The notes beneath the pieces are model-generated. The model did not search any database. It was not told where the DNA came from and saw only the letters and a list, made by a program, of their open reading frames with translations. Source: Phaeosaccion multiseriatum (Eukaryota > Protista > Ochrophyta, other classes). Taken from it: a DNA stretch of 64,000 nt. Position 1 is the stretch's first letter; each line of letters opens with the position of its first letter. Where the stretch lies: assembly GCA_965112735.1 (NCBI GenBank), contig OZ218954.1, positions 2,046,001 through 2,110,000 on the forward strand, read 5' to 3'. Below, one piece after another: positions 1 to 17,976 of this stretch. Both the position numbers and the translations under genes were made by a program.

Positions 1-14
1 CGGCAGATCGACGG

Positions 15-1345
15 ATGGAAGAGGACGAGAGAGTCAAGGCGGCAGATCGGGGAGGGACCGGCAGAGGGGGCGCTGGTGACAACAGCAGCGAGAGTGGTGG
101 CAGCGGTAGCAACACCATTGACATTGAAACCCGCCGCAGTATCTGGAGGGGGCGCGAGCAGTTTGCATCCAAAAGCAAGAGCACCATGGTGACTGCGCTG
201 GCGGGAAACACCTTTATCTGCATTTTCAAGGTAAGAAGCTCGGCAGCTTTGCTTCACCAAGGGACATCATCATCACACCATCCAGATCGAGGACGACCAC
301 CCCCCCCCCCCCTCCTCTCCTTCACCTCCCTCATGCCCCTCCCTTCCCCTCCTCTCCTCTCCTCTCCTCACAAAAAGGTGGTGGCGTGGTGGTCCTCCGG
401 CTCTAGTGCCATGCTCAACACTGCAATCCACAGCCTCGTCGACACCCTGAACCAGGGTCTCAACCTGGTGGGACTGAGAGAGGCGGACAATGCCCCAGAC
501 AAGACCCATCCCTTGGGCTACGGCAAGGAGATTTACTTTTGGAGCCTCGTGTCTGCGATGGGCACCTTCTGGCTGGGCTTTGGGCTGTCCTTCACGCACT
601 CGGTACAGCAGCTCATGCAACCGGATCTGCAGGTGAGGGAGAGCGCTAAGTATACAGGCAAGGAGACCTACACTGCTGGTACAATCCACACTCAGAAGCA
701 CTCGCCCTTTGATCGTAACACTCGGGGTACATTAGTTGGGTGAAATCAAAAGGAGTAGTAGTGAGTGCCAGCAAGGACAGCGTTGGCTTCGCTCTGCCAC
801 TCTTCCTTCTATCCCTCTTTCAGCGGAAGACGTACGTACCACCCACCTTCTTGTGGAGATGAAGATCGAATCAGCGCATTAGTCATGGAAGCCTGCATGC
901 TCTGCTGCTTTCGCTTATAGTTCCTCATGAACCTCAACAACCCCACACATCTCCCTCCCCTTTCCCCTCCTGCCTCAGGTGGAAGCCATGGGGACCTGGT
1001 GCCACAGCGCGCTGCTGTTCGCCTTTGTGGTGGACGGTTACGTCCTGTACGAGAGCATCTCGTCTCTGTGGCCCACCAAGCCCAAGGACGTCAGCATCTT
1101 CAAGCACATCTTAGCGCTCAGGGACCCCACACGCAAGGTGAGGGGAGAGAAAGAGGAGGAGGGAGGGAGGGAGGGAGGAAGGAAGGGAGGGAGAAAGGGA
1201 TGTATAAATTATATTAATAACCTGGCATTGGGCTATAAACACGTGTCTGTCGCCTCCTTGCCTTTTCCCTCCCCTTGACCATCCCACTTATGTATGTCTC
1301 TTGCCCTCTTTTGTCTCTTTCTTTTCTGCGCTCTTGAACCAATCA

Positions 1346-1394
<49 letters not shown>

Positions 1395-2502
1395 AACAGG
1401 CCGTTATCTACGAAGACGCCGCCTCGTGCGTGGGTGTAGTGGTTGCCCTCATCGGCACCACGGCCAGTCATGTGCTGCAGAACCCCATATACGACACAAT
1501 GGCAGGCTTCGGCATCTCCTTCCTGCTGGGCTTTATGGGCTACAAACTCATGGAGCTAAATCGCAAGTATCTGGTGGGGATGGCAGTGGACGAGGAGATC
1601 ACGAGGAAGATCATCGAGGTGATGAAGAAGAGGCCGTCCATTGATGCCGTGTCGACAGTGCAGAGTCAGTGGGTGTCACCGTGGAACTTTTCCTTCAAGG
1701 CGGAAGCGGACTTTGACGGAACCTTTGTGGCGGCGTATCTTTTGCCACACTATCAAGACAAGTTCATGCTGGTCAAGGATACGGAGGTGAGACAGTTGGT
1801 GATACAGCGGGAGGGAGAGAAGGACGGACGCGGGCACCTTTGTCAGCATCAATGCCGATCTTTTGAAGATGCTTCCCCTCCTTCTCCTTGTCTTGCTTCT
1901 TGTCTCCTGCTGCTTCTACCGCCTCCCGTTGCCCCCCCCTCTCTCTCCCCTTCTCTCATCACTCTCTGTCTCTCCCCCTCTCTCTTGTTCTCTCTCTCTC
2001 CTCTATCTCTCAGGACCTAAATGTGCTGCTTGCCTTTTACGCAGAGGATGTGCTGCGCGTGACGGAGCGAGAGATTCGATTGGTAGAGGCCGAGATCCGA
2101 AAAGTGTACCCAGAGGCGGCCTTCATTGACATAGAGCCAGACTCCAAGCACTACGACCAGCTGGCCATAGAGATGCACGAGCGAGGGCCCTACAGACGAG
2201 CGGAGAGAGAGAGCCTCAATAGAATGTTGCTCAAGATGGCAAAGGACAACACCATTGCCGCCCCCGTGGAAAGCGGAAAGAGTGGCGACAGGAGCCCGGG
2301 AGGGGGGGCAGGCGGAGGAGGAGGAGGAGGAGGTGGAGCAGAGGGCAGTTTGGCGCCCTGGTCGTGGGGAATTGAGGCTGAGGCCTCGATCTCCTCCTCG
2401 TCCCCCGCTGCTGCTGCTTCTCCTGGTGTAGTCACGCCCAAGGACAAGGCAGATGACGTGTGGCGGGAAGGAGAAGAGAGAGGTGGCGAAAACAAGGGTT
2501 GA
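15..2502 (+). CDS. Cation diffusion facilitator, ZnT9/SLC30A9 (plant MTP7)-like metal transporter; 5 exons (15 or earlier-230, 378-632, 979-1137, 1400-1786, 2014-2502); may be 5'-truncated by the window
   Basis: GT-AG spliced ORF with CDF motifs ALAGN..FK, HSLVDTLNQ, HPLGYGKEIYFWSL, AVIYEDAAS and a C-terminal EIRKVYPEAAFIDIEPD. Confidence 0.88.
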
Positions 2503-2905
2503 AGCATTTTCATACTCGGAAATTCGTGCAAAATATTGCAAAAATACAATGATATAAATGTATAAAACATCAAGACGGGAAATGTATGCTTACGTGACGG
2601 GATCCCTTGTACCCCTGCATCGTGCGGCCAGCCTCTGCTTGGCAATGAGCGGGGTACTTCTCCCTTCGCTTCGTGTGCTTTGCTCCGCAGCTGCGGCTCT
2701 TGAGTGCACCCCTCCCTCGTTCTATCTGTCGTACAAAGGCGCCGTTCTTCAGTGTGACGTCAGGCAGCCTTGCTTGCCCGTGTACTGTACTACGTACAAA
2801 TTAAATAAAATCCTCTCCGATACATTTCCCGTCTCACCACCGCCCCGCTCGAGGGAGGGAGGGAGGGAGCGAGCATGAGCGAGCCCTCTCTCTCCTTTCA
2901 GCTGG

Positions 2906-4631
2906 TCAGAAAGCGTACTCTCCTGTCGAGGACAAGGACAGCAGAAGGAACAAGCAATGCATAGGGGAACGGGAGGCGCGGATGAAGCAGAGAATGGACG
3001 GACGGGAGGAAAGAATGGAAGCCGTGGCAGTCGCCAATCGCCTGATGGTTTTGTTCTTTCATGGTCCGTTTCTTCCGTTCTTTCATCCTTGATTGACGCG
3101 GGCATGGCAGGCAATTGATCCCTTGTTGCTTCTCCTCTCTCCCTGCCCTTTGCGTATCTCCTTGCAAAAGGGCAAAAAGTACGCTCACACACACACACAC
3201 ACACACACACAAATAGGCGCGCGAGCACGTACACACACAGACACGAATACACTCACACGAAAGCAGGTAGTACCTCGGATAAGACGGGGATACCATACAC
3301 GCACATAGAGAGCTACGGAGGACTTACCTGGGATGAAGAGGCGGATGTTCATGCCATCCCCTGTCACATAGGCCTGAGCAACCGAAGAGGAAGAGGGCAT
3401 TCGGAAGGAGAGGAGAGGAGAGAAGAGAAGGGGGAGAGGAGAGGAGAGAATATTTGAGAGGCGAGGAGGGGGAGAGGAGGGGGAGCGGAGCGGAGAGGAG
3501 AGGAGAGGAGAGGAGAGGTGAGGTGATGAAAAGTGTACCATACTCCATTGTCGCTCACTCACATCACTGCAGAGTACAAAGCTGTTGTCGAGCTGCGCTT
3601 GCTTGAACTTGTCGTCGAGAACTGAGTGGGCCTGCTCCATGCAGATGACATAGTTCTTGCCGCCCATCGTAGCGAAGGAGAGCTCGGGAATCCGCTTGTC
3701 CGGGAATGCCCTCTCCGCTGCGTGAAGAATACACTCCGTCTCCTGAGGAGGATAGTCCGAGGAGGAGGAGGTGGAGGAGGAGGGGGAGGGGGAGGAGCGG
3801 CAGCACGAGGAGGACGAGGTGGAATGGGGTGAGGAGGTGTGATCAGGTGTGAAGAGGGGTGATGATGATGATGATGATGATGATGATGAGGAAGAGGGGG
3901 AGGAGCAGCAGCAGGAAAGGATACTGTCCTATTGTCCTTCTATCGTAGTAGCGACTACTTACTTGCATCTCCACCTCGACCACTTCACCTCCATCCCCGT
4001 ACATGATCTTGACCTTTGATGGTTGGAGGGAGGGAGGGAGGGAGGGAGATACAAAAAGTGATCTTGTTAGTGCTGTCGTCGCGGTTGATGCTCCAGCGCT
4101 GTGAGACTCATCTCAGCTAGCCTCATGGCCTCATAGCCTCATAGCACCACATACCTTATGGACGTTGTCTGGATTAAGCTCGAGGGGACACTCGTCGGAG
4201 GCCCCTGCGCACGAAAAGCCTTTCAAGTGTTGTTCAGCAAGAATGAGGGTGCGCGAGACGATGCTATTAGAGTGGTGGGCGTTGAAAGAAGAAAATAAAT
4301 GCCCAAGCTTTCGTCGCCCTTCCTATCATCTCATCACCCCCCGCAAGTTGAAGAGAGAAGAGTGAGGGGGGAAAAGGCTTGTGGTAAAGAAGAGGGGGGA
4401 CAATGGTATCACGCGCTTACCGGGAGGAAATACTTTAGGCGTGGCCACTGTTGGGTGGTGCTGTGGCGACCCTGCTTCTTGTTTTGCTCCCAGGCTTAGG
4501 GTCTTCCTTCCAGAAGGAAGCGTCGAGCTCGTGGTGAATTGGATGAAATGCATGAAGCCATGGGCTCGGAAGGAAAGGCCCAAGATACAGCACACCCCGA
4601 GGGTGGTGGTGATGAGCGATTTAGCAAACAT
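2906..4631 (-). CDS. Plastid-targeted ferredoxin-fold protein lacking the CX4CX2C motif, about 222 aa; exons 4631-4421, 4318-4155, 4013-3963, 3742-3563, 3373-3328, 2922-2906
   Basis: All six exons join in frame at GT-AG sites. N-terminus MFAKSLITTTLGVCCILGLSFRAHGF looks like a signal peptide plus Phe transit start. HKVKIMYGDGGEVVEVEMQETECILHAAERA and LDDKFKQAQLDNSFVLCSDAYVTGD resemble the two ends of plant-type [2Fe-2S] ferredoxin. The exon-2 acceptor was chosen to keep the frame. Confidence 0.62.
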
Positions 4632-4915
4632 CTTGACCTTTCTTATGTGCTTGGGATATCATTGTGGTTGAAGATGTGGGTCATTCCCCCATTTGTGATA
4701 CACCGTATGACCACTCTTTGGTACATGTTGTCATGTTGTCGCCCTTCTTCCCTTCTTTCTTATTTCCCTTCTCCCTCAATTACTTGTACGGCCTTCCTTC
4801 CGCGGCGGCTGTGACTTGAAGCCCTGACTCCAACCTACCCCCCTGCCACTTCCCAAGGACTCACTCTGGAGCGGAAGGGGGAAGGGGTGGGGGAGTATCA
4901 ACTCATCGCACCGGT

Positions 4916-10657
<5,742 letters not shown>

Positions 10658-10953
10658 GATCAAATTATGTTGCGGCCGATCTCTGCGCCCCAAGTAGCAG
10701 CCTGTGATCCTGAAGCACCAACGTACCACCTTTGCACCTCTGCCATAACGGGGGGAAGGACGGAAGAAATGTCAAGCCCCCGCTTCCCTTCTCGAAGCAA
10801 AGATGCAGCTAGAACATAGGTGAGGAACTGGTATATGTGCCATCACAAACACCAGAGCCACATCATTGAATATCTGTAGCACGCACGCGGCCTTTTCCAC
10901 AACCCTCTCCCCCAAACCCATCGGGATATTGACCTCTCTCTCCGCAGCGGTGT

Positions 10954-11979
10954 ATGAGCAGGACCTTGAGACAAGCCTTTCTGCGGCTTAAACAGGAAGC
11001 ACCCGTGCACGTCTTTCCGCGGCGTGAAGGACTACGACTCGCGGCTTTGGCTCTTCTCTGCACATCTCCGACGTCCACCTTCTCCACCACCTGTCCCATG
11101 TCGCTGTCCGTCAAGGTCGTCCCCCACGAAAGGCTCCATGTTTCGGAGCCTGACCCACGTATGTTTGGGAACGGGCCCAACGAGAAAGGCAATGACAGCT
11201 GGAGCAACAAGAACTGGCTCAAGTCAATGTTCCATTTTAGCTTTGCGGAGTACAGCAACCCAAGCAACTCCAACTTTGGAGTGCTCCGAGTGATGAACGA
11301 CGACCTGGTGCAGCCGAGGAGGGGCTTCGGAACCCACCCTCACCATAATATGGAGATTGTTACCTACGTGGTGGCTGGCTCGCTAACCCACCAGGACAGC
11401 ATCGGCACCAAGGAGTCTCTTGGTCGGGGCAGCATTCAATTCATGACGGCAGGTACCGGAGTAAGGCACTCGGAGTTCAATGACGGCGACAAGCCTCTGC
11501 GATTCATACAGACGTGGATTGTTCCAACCCAGCGTGGGCTGAAGCCCAACTACGGATCCTACGTCGGCTGCTCCTCAAGCCTGAAGAAGAACCAACTGCG
11601 CCACCTGGTCTCCAACACCGTCTCCAGCAGCAGTAATATCAAGCACGAGAGCGACACAAGCCCCGTCACGCCTGTCCACATCAACCAGGACGTGGACGCT
11701 TACGCCGCGGAGCTTGAGCTCGGACAAAAGGTGGTGTTGGAGCTGCCTGAGGGGCGCCAAGCATACTTGCTATGTATTGAGGGTGGCGTCAAGGTCAACG
11801 GCAAGGAGCTCGGGAGGCACGATGCTTGCGAGATTACCATCAGCGGTGGGTCGACGGGCGGTGGCGTGTTGGATGTCGAGGCCTACGCAACCGAGGCAAC
11901 AGAGCACGGAGATGTCGCCCACTTTCTCATGTTCGCGATGAAAGCCGTGCCGGGATCATCGGGCCGTGGGGACCTGTAG
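10954..11979 (+). CDS. Pirin-family (YhhW-like bicupin) protein, intronless; alternative start at 11098
   Basis: FHFSFAEY, FGVLRVMNDD, GFGTHPHHNMEIVTYVVAGSLTHQDS, IQFMTAGTGVRHSEFN, FIQTWI, HINQD. Confidence 0.93.
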   Translation: MSRTLRQAFLRLKQEAPVHVFPRREGLRLAALALLCTSPTSTFSTTCPMSLSVKVVPHERLHVSEPDPRMFGNGPNEKGNDSWSNKNWLKSMFHFSFAEYSNPSNSNFGVLRVMNDDLVQPRRGFGTHPHHNMEIVTYVVAGSLTHQDSIGTKESLGRGSIQFMTAGTGVRHSEFNDGDKPLRFIQTWIVPTQRGLKPNYGSYVGCSSSLKKNQLRHLVSNTVSSSSNIKHESDTSPVTPVHINQDVDAYAAELELGQKVVLELPEGRQAYLLCIEGGVKVNGKELGRHDACEITISGGSTGGGVLDVEAYATEATEHGDVAHFLMFAMKAVPGSSGRGDL

Positions 11980-12283
11980 GAGGAACGGGGGGGGGGGGGT
12001 CGGTGGTGGTGGGGAGGTGCGTGTGTGCTAAATTCAGTTTGCGGTTTCAGACCGTGAAGAGCAGGAGGAGCCTTCTCTCTTTTTTTTTTTTTTAGAGCTC
12101 GGCACTCCGTACGGCTACGGCCCCCCATCTTGGAACGAAAAGTATTGAGGAAGAGAGAGAGACGTTGAACATAGTTTTGAGTTTGATTAACATTATGCCG
12201 TTTCATATTATATTACTACTGTTTTCTTAGCCCCCCCCCCCCCTCTCAATGTCACTCACCCACTCTGCTTCGCGCAAGAAAGG

Positions 12284-12571
12284 CCAACCAGTGCCCGACA
12301 ACCACACAACACAACACACAACACACAAATACCAAACTACTCAAAAGAGGACGAGACAACGGGCTCTTGGTGCGTAGTCTCCGCAAGCAAGACCAACCAG
12401 TGCCCGACAACCACACCACACAACACATAAATACCAAACTACTCAAAAGAGGACGAGACAACGGGCTCTCGGTGCGTAGTCTCCGCAAGCAAGACCAACC
12501 AGTGCCCGACAACCACACCACACAACACACAAATACCAAACTACTCAAAAGAGGACGAGACAACGGGCTCT
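12284..12571. repeat. Intergenic tandem repeat, about 102-bp unit, about 3 copies
   Basis: CCAACCAGTGCCCGACAACCAC...AAATACCAAACTACTCAAAAGAGGACGAGACAACGGGCTCT starts at 12284, 12393 and 12495. Confidence 0.93.
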
Positions 12572-13307
12572 CCGCGCGTTGGCAGAAGGCTTGCTACGCC
12601 TCCACGGAAGGCCTCAAAGGCTCTCCGCCGCCTACCCTACCCTACCCTACCATGCGCTGCCCTCCTTGACATGCAATTCTCTTCCTCCCACCCGCTCACT
12701 CGACTCTCGCCACCCTCTTCAGTGCGGGCGGAGCGACCTAACGCCAGAAACGCCTGAAACGCCTGCTTCCCTTCCTTCCTCCTGCCTTGCACAACTAGCC
12801 CACAATCGTTGAGCGTCACAGCCCCCCTTCGCCCCCCACTACACTTTCTACACTCAAAGCATGTACCACATCACATTTGGTGGTAGCAGGGTCGCACGCA
12901 CAGCACCGCCGCAGTACACACACCGCCACACGCACTCGCACCACACGCTGACACTACACCGCGTACACTCTTCTTACAAAAAAACCCAAGGAATCACGGC
13001 CATCACACTCTCTCATCACTCCACCGGTCCCTTCGTCTATGCCGTAGGCATATAGGCCTGCTTCGATGAGTTTCGTTTGTGTTGCTTCCGCTTCTCCTGC
13101 TTCGATGGGCTTCGTTTGTGCGTCGCCCACCCAAGCGCCCCACCCGCCCTTCACCCCTCCTCCTCCTCCTCCTCCCTCCTCCTCCTCCTCCTCCTCCTCC
13201 TCCTCCTCCTCCCTCCTCCTCCTCCTCCTCCTCCTCCTCCTCCTCCTCCTCCTCCTCCTCCTCCTCCTCCTCCTCCTCCTCCTCCTCCTCCTCCGTGCTT
13301 TGGTTGC

Positions 13308-13473
13308 TCACGACACGCTCAGCCTCGCAGCTGGCTGGCCAGGAGCCTGGGCTTGAGTAGGGATTGGCTGCTCAAAGAAGAACGAGAAGAAGTCGTCTGG
13401 GCATGAGCCGAGCAGCCTCTCTTTCTCCTTGCCCCCCTTCTGCTGCCCCTCATGCTGCTGCTGGTGCTGCTGG

Positions 13474-13507
<34 letters not shown>

Positions 13508-14158
13508 AGTGGTGGTGGTGGTGGTGGTGGTGGTGCTGCTGCTGGTGGGAATGGAGTAGGGCGTTGTTGTTGAAGTGGGAGAGTTCGTCCTGCGTCACGC
13601 CCAAGGACCCTCGAGGAGAGAAGTTGAAGAAGCCGCCGGGCGACACGCACCAAGGTTTGTACTCAGACTTGTTTAGGCTTGGGCCGAAAGAAGACGCGGT
13701 GGGCGTGATGGTGGCGCTGACGTCGCTCCCACCATTCCCGCCGCCGTCGTAACCATTATGACTAGTGCTGTCCTTGTGGGCGGAGGCGGAGGCGGACGCG
13801 GAGGCGGCGCCCAGGTCCTCAGGGCAAGCAGGAGGAGGAGGAGAAAGAGGCCAAGCCATGGGCGAAAACGTCAATGAAGATGTCCTCCCCCCCGCCATGC
13901 CCTGTGGCTGGCCCTGGTGGTCAAGTCCTTGGGCCGACTGATGATGCTGGCCCCCCTGCTGTTGCTGGTGGTGGTGATGCTCTTGAGCCATCTGTGGGGG
14001 TGGACGGTAGCAGAAGTGGTGCTGATGCTGCTGAGTCTGCTGTCCGACGGCAGAGTGGACGCGGGGACTCGGCAGGCCAGGGTAGAAGAACGCCTCCGCG
14101 CTGATGAGCGACGGAACCATCTTGGCTCCGGGCAGCAGTAGGTGGTGCGGACGAGCGG

Positions 14159-14215
<57 letters not shown>

Positions 14216-15206
14216 AGCAGGGGCTCTCCGTGTCGCCCAGGCTGTCTGTGTCGGTGTCGCGGCGGCTGTTGCACCTGAGGGTGCTGTTGCCGCCACTGCG
14301 GCTACTACAGCTGCTACTCTCACTGCTGCTGCTTCCACCTGTGTCACTGTTGTAGCTTTCGTCGCTATTATCGGCGGTGGCGTGCAGGAGCGGCGGGAAG
14401 GAGTAATTGCGCCCCCCCAAGTTGTTGTCGTTGAAGAGCAAGGACAGACTCTGCTGGGCGGACAAAGTCCTGTCATTGAGGCCCTGAGGAATGGCAGCTT
14501 GGTGGCTGTAAAGTTCGTGGGAAAACCCAGGAAAGGCGAGCTGCCCCTGCTGCTGTGCTCGCAAGACAATTCCACCTGAGGGGCGGGCTTTCTTCAGAGG
14601 AGGAGCGTGAGTAGCTGCAGCCGCCGCAGCAGCAGCCTGGTCGGAAGAGGCCCTCGAGTTCGCCACCGTGAGGAAAAGGGCCCTGGGAACCCTTCTCTTG
14701 CTGCTGCTGGTCCTCCGGCTGCAGGTGAAAGGGGCTTCAGTCAGTGAATCAGGAGGTGCTGCGTGTCCTCCGCTCTGAAAGTTGAAGGAAGGCATCCCTC
14801 CCCTCCGCTCATTCGCTCCACGGGCGCCCCTCCAGCTTTCCGCCTGGGGCTTCCGCTGCTTGTGCTTCTGCTTCTGCAGGGCCAAGTGCTGCCGGTACAT
14901 TTTTTGCAACTGCTGAGGCGTCGACGATTTGCTTGGTACCCAAAGGAAGTCCTTGCCTTCTTTCTCGTCCTCTTCTCTGTCTGCTGCTGCTGCTTCTCCT
15001 CCTTCTCCCCTCCTTTCCCCAGCCGGGTCCAGCCCGGCCTTCTTCCTGAGGTTCCTGGTGTAGGCCTGTACGCCTCGCAGGCCCTTGCGAGACAGAAAGA
15101 TGTGGTTGCAGCTGGTGCACTCCTTCATCGCGCTCTTGGTCACGGTGCCGCACTCTGGGCAGCTCTTCCTCCCCTTGCCCACCATCTTTGAGCGTTTGGG
15201 GCCCAT
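13308..15206 (-). CDS. Protein with an N-terminal C4 zinc ribbon (UPF0547/C16orf87-like) and a long low-complexity Q/N/S/H tail; possibly nuclear
   Basis: 632-aa ORF with GRKSCPECGTVTKSAMKECTSCNHIFLSRK. The frame stays open upstream to a ctgtag that could be an acceptor, so an upstream exon is possible. Confidence 0.7.
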
Positions 15207-15332
15207 GATGCCCTCTTGTGCTCGGCGCTCTTCGTTCCAAGCCTTTGCTGATTGGGCGGTGAGCCTCGACGCCTGCTGCGCTCTCGCCTTCTGGTCGGAC
15301 CTGTTGCTCTGCTCTTGGTGCTCTTTATGCCA

Positions 15333-15364
<32 letters not shown>

Positions 15365-15925
15365 ACAGTACTCTCTTCCAACGGTTCTTCCTGTGCTGCC
15401 GCCCATGCGATGGAGCCTTGAAACGCCAAGCTTTACTTCTGCCCGGCGCCCCACCGCCTGGGTGCCACGATCGAGCTGACGCGCCATGTACATGAGACAC
15501 AAGAGATAAAGCCCCAAAACGCTTTCCTGTACTTTTTCAAACTGCCCCTTTATTTTGTTTATTTTGGCATCCTGGTGTGTCTCAAGTACGGCCGAAAAAA
15601 GGAATTACTTTTAGGTTTTTGGATGGAGGCATATATGAGAGAGAGCCGGTCCATAAGCGCGGCTCCTTTTCGGGCTGGCTCCAAGCTCTCTGCGATCGAT
15701 GGAAGCTGAGGTGTGGTGATGCAGCCCAGGCTGTGGCTTCCTTCGGTCAGTCAGGGTGACAAGAGCGCGCACGAGAGCACGAGATGCCCCGGACGTGGAA
15801 GGAAGCCTTCGGTGCGACGTGCGGGGTTACTTCCTCTCTGCCGCTCTTCATGGTGCCGCAACAAGCAAGCTGCCCTGCCCCACTCACTCTTCCCTCTAAT
15901 CTTCTTTCCACGCAAGCTGTCTACA

Positions 15926-17886
15926 CTACGTCTTGGCTACCACCTCGAAGCTGTCAATGGCCTTCTTCAGGTCGGGCCCACAGGAGTCCCACTGGTCCGC
16001 CAAGGCCGAGGCCCATACCTGAGCAGGAGGGGCCAACACATCACATCTACGTCAAGGGAGAGGGAGGGGAGGAGGGGAGGAAAGAAAAGAGAGACACAGA
16101 GGAAGGAGGTAGAGAGGGAGAGAGACGAGACTCCGAATCAACCCAACACCAGAGGGAGCCTTCTGGTGATGCTGCTCTGTGTGGTCGATCTTAAAGGGCA
16201 GGCAGCAAGAGCAAGCCCTGGCTAGCGCACGCACTCAGCACCCCCGTCCCCCCCGTCTTTCGCGTACCGTTATGACCTCTCCATCAACGTCGCCAAGGAG
16301 AAACGCCCTTGCGTCCGTTCTGCGAATCACGGGGTCTTGGGGTATGGCATCTGGCGTCCCGCTAGGGGCCTGCGCCAGTCGGGCGGTGGGGCGTTTTTAA
16401 AGAAGATCGTGGGCGAGGTGGGTGGGTGGGTTTTGTTGGGGTCGAAGGAGGGGCGTTCGGCATTGCGTTTAAAGTGTCTCTGTCAGCATAGGGGTTGTCA
16501 GGAGAGAGAGAGAGGCTGCTATGACAGCGATGTCAGGACAGGGAGGGAGGATGGAGCATGAGAATCAAGCACCTATCACGAAGCATCTGGCAAATTCCGC
16601 CATACCCCCCCTCTTGGCCTTGCTTGGGAGCAGCAGCAGCAGCAGGAGCAGCGTGGTAGATAGATGGACACATGTGGTGCAAGCTCCCGGCACAGCACTC
16701 ACGTTTCCGGTGAGGTACATTTTGACGATTAGCTCCACGGTAAAGTCCAGCTGCTTGTCCGACTGAGACGCCGAGAATACTCTCGTGAGGGGGTTCTTTT
16801 GCTTCACATTCCCATCTCGCTGAGCAAACGGGACAAAGAGCCAGAGCGACGTGACGATTCGCATTGTCGTGGTGGGGGGGGAATGGGAAACAGAAACAAT
16901 CGTCAGCGCGCAGAGCGTTCCTTTCCATTAGGAGCATCTCCTCAAGCGGTCCGTTGTTCCGCTTTCTTACCTGCCTCATTAGCAGGTCCGCATTGCCTGA
17001 GGCAAAACAATCGGGGCAAATCAATAAGTTTGAAGTGCCGTTACGCACGCCTCAGAGGGGGGGCAATGACGGGCGAGCACCAACAACTTACCCTTGGCTT
17101 TGAGAATGTCGTTGAAGGACATCATGCTTCCTCCACTGTAGTATCCGGTCTCCTTCAGCAAGTCCCGCATACTGCTCACCGTTACGCTCAAGGTGCACCC
17201 TGCGTGTCGCAGCAGAGATGCGATGATGGGAAAGAGAAGTGTGGTGATGAGTTCAAGTCGGACTTCCTCTTCCTCCTCAATCCCAATCACTACTGACCTT
17301 TTGTATAGTCCCCCATGGCCACTGTGGTGCCCACTCGATCCTTCAGAAGGCCCGTCTCTATTGGCCGGAGTACGGGACGCGGGGTGGAGGGGCGGGACTC
17401 GGCATTAGCAAGGGCATTACTTATTCCCCTCTGCTCCATCTCCTCTCTACATTTCATCTCATGTCCTTCCTTACTCTTGGGTTTTCTGGGCGAGAGAGTC
17501 CAGCCCACAGGATACTCGAGGGCGTATCCAATCTTTTTGTCCACGTATCTCCTCGTCTTGATTGACGCAGCCCGCTGCGCCGCCGCTTCTCTCTCCCCGC
17601 CCCCTCGACCCAGGTCCTCATAGGTCTCTGTTACCAGGCCCTCTGCCAGTCCCTCTGCCACCACTGGGGCCGCGACGCCAGTCAATGCCGCAGTGAGCAA
17701 GGGGGCGAATCCGCAAAGAAGCGCCGCTCTCCTGTCCAAGTCGCCCCCTTTGTCGTTAGGCTTTGTGCTTGCATTTAGAGCAGAAGCTCTCTGCCGAGGC
17801 AGCAGAGTAGAGCTCTGCAGGAACGATGCAATCGGCCGCGCACAGAGAACCAGGGCCGTCACGATGACAGACGGAAGCCGCACCAT
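15926..17886 (-). CDS. PsbP-domain (PPD-like) thylakoid lumen protein, about 7 exons
   Basis: Signal peptide plus ASF transit start, twin-Arg Tat-like DRRAALL...AAPVVAE, then [32 protein letters not shown] and C-terminal [26 protein letters not shown]; GT-AG junctions in frame. Confidence 0.75.
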
Positions 17887-17976
17887 CGTTCTCTCTTCCC
17901 AAAACGCAAACACCAAATTTCGTATGTCAACGATGGGCTCCCCCGGCCTTCCCCCTTTTTCTCCACCACCTCTGGT

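Noticed and set aside
12284-12571. Possible CRISPR array
   Set aside because: Units repeat in full with no unique spacers, there are no cas genes, and the context is eukaryotic
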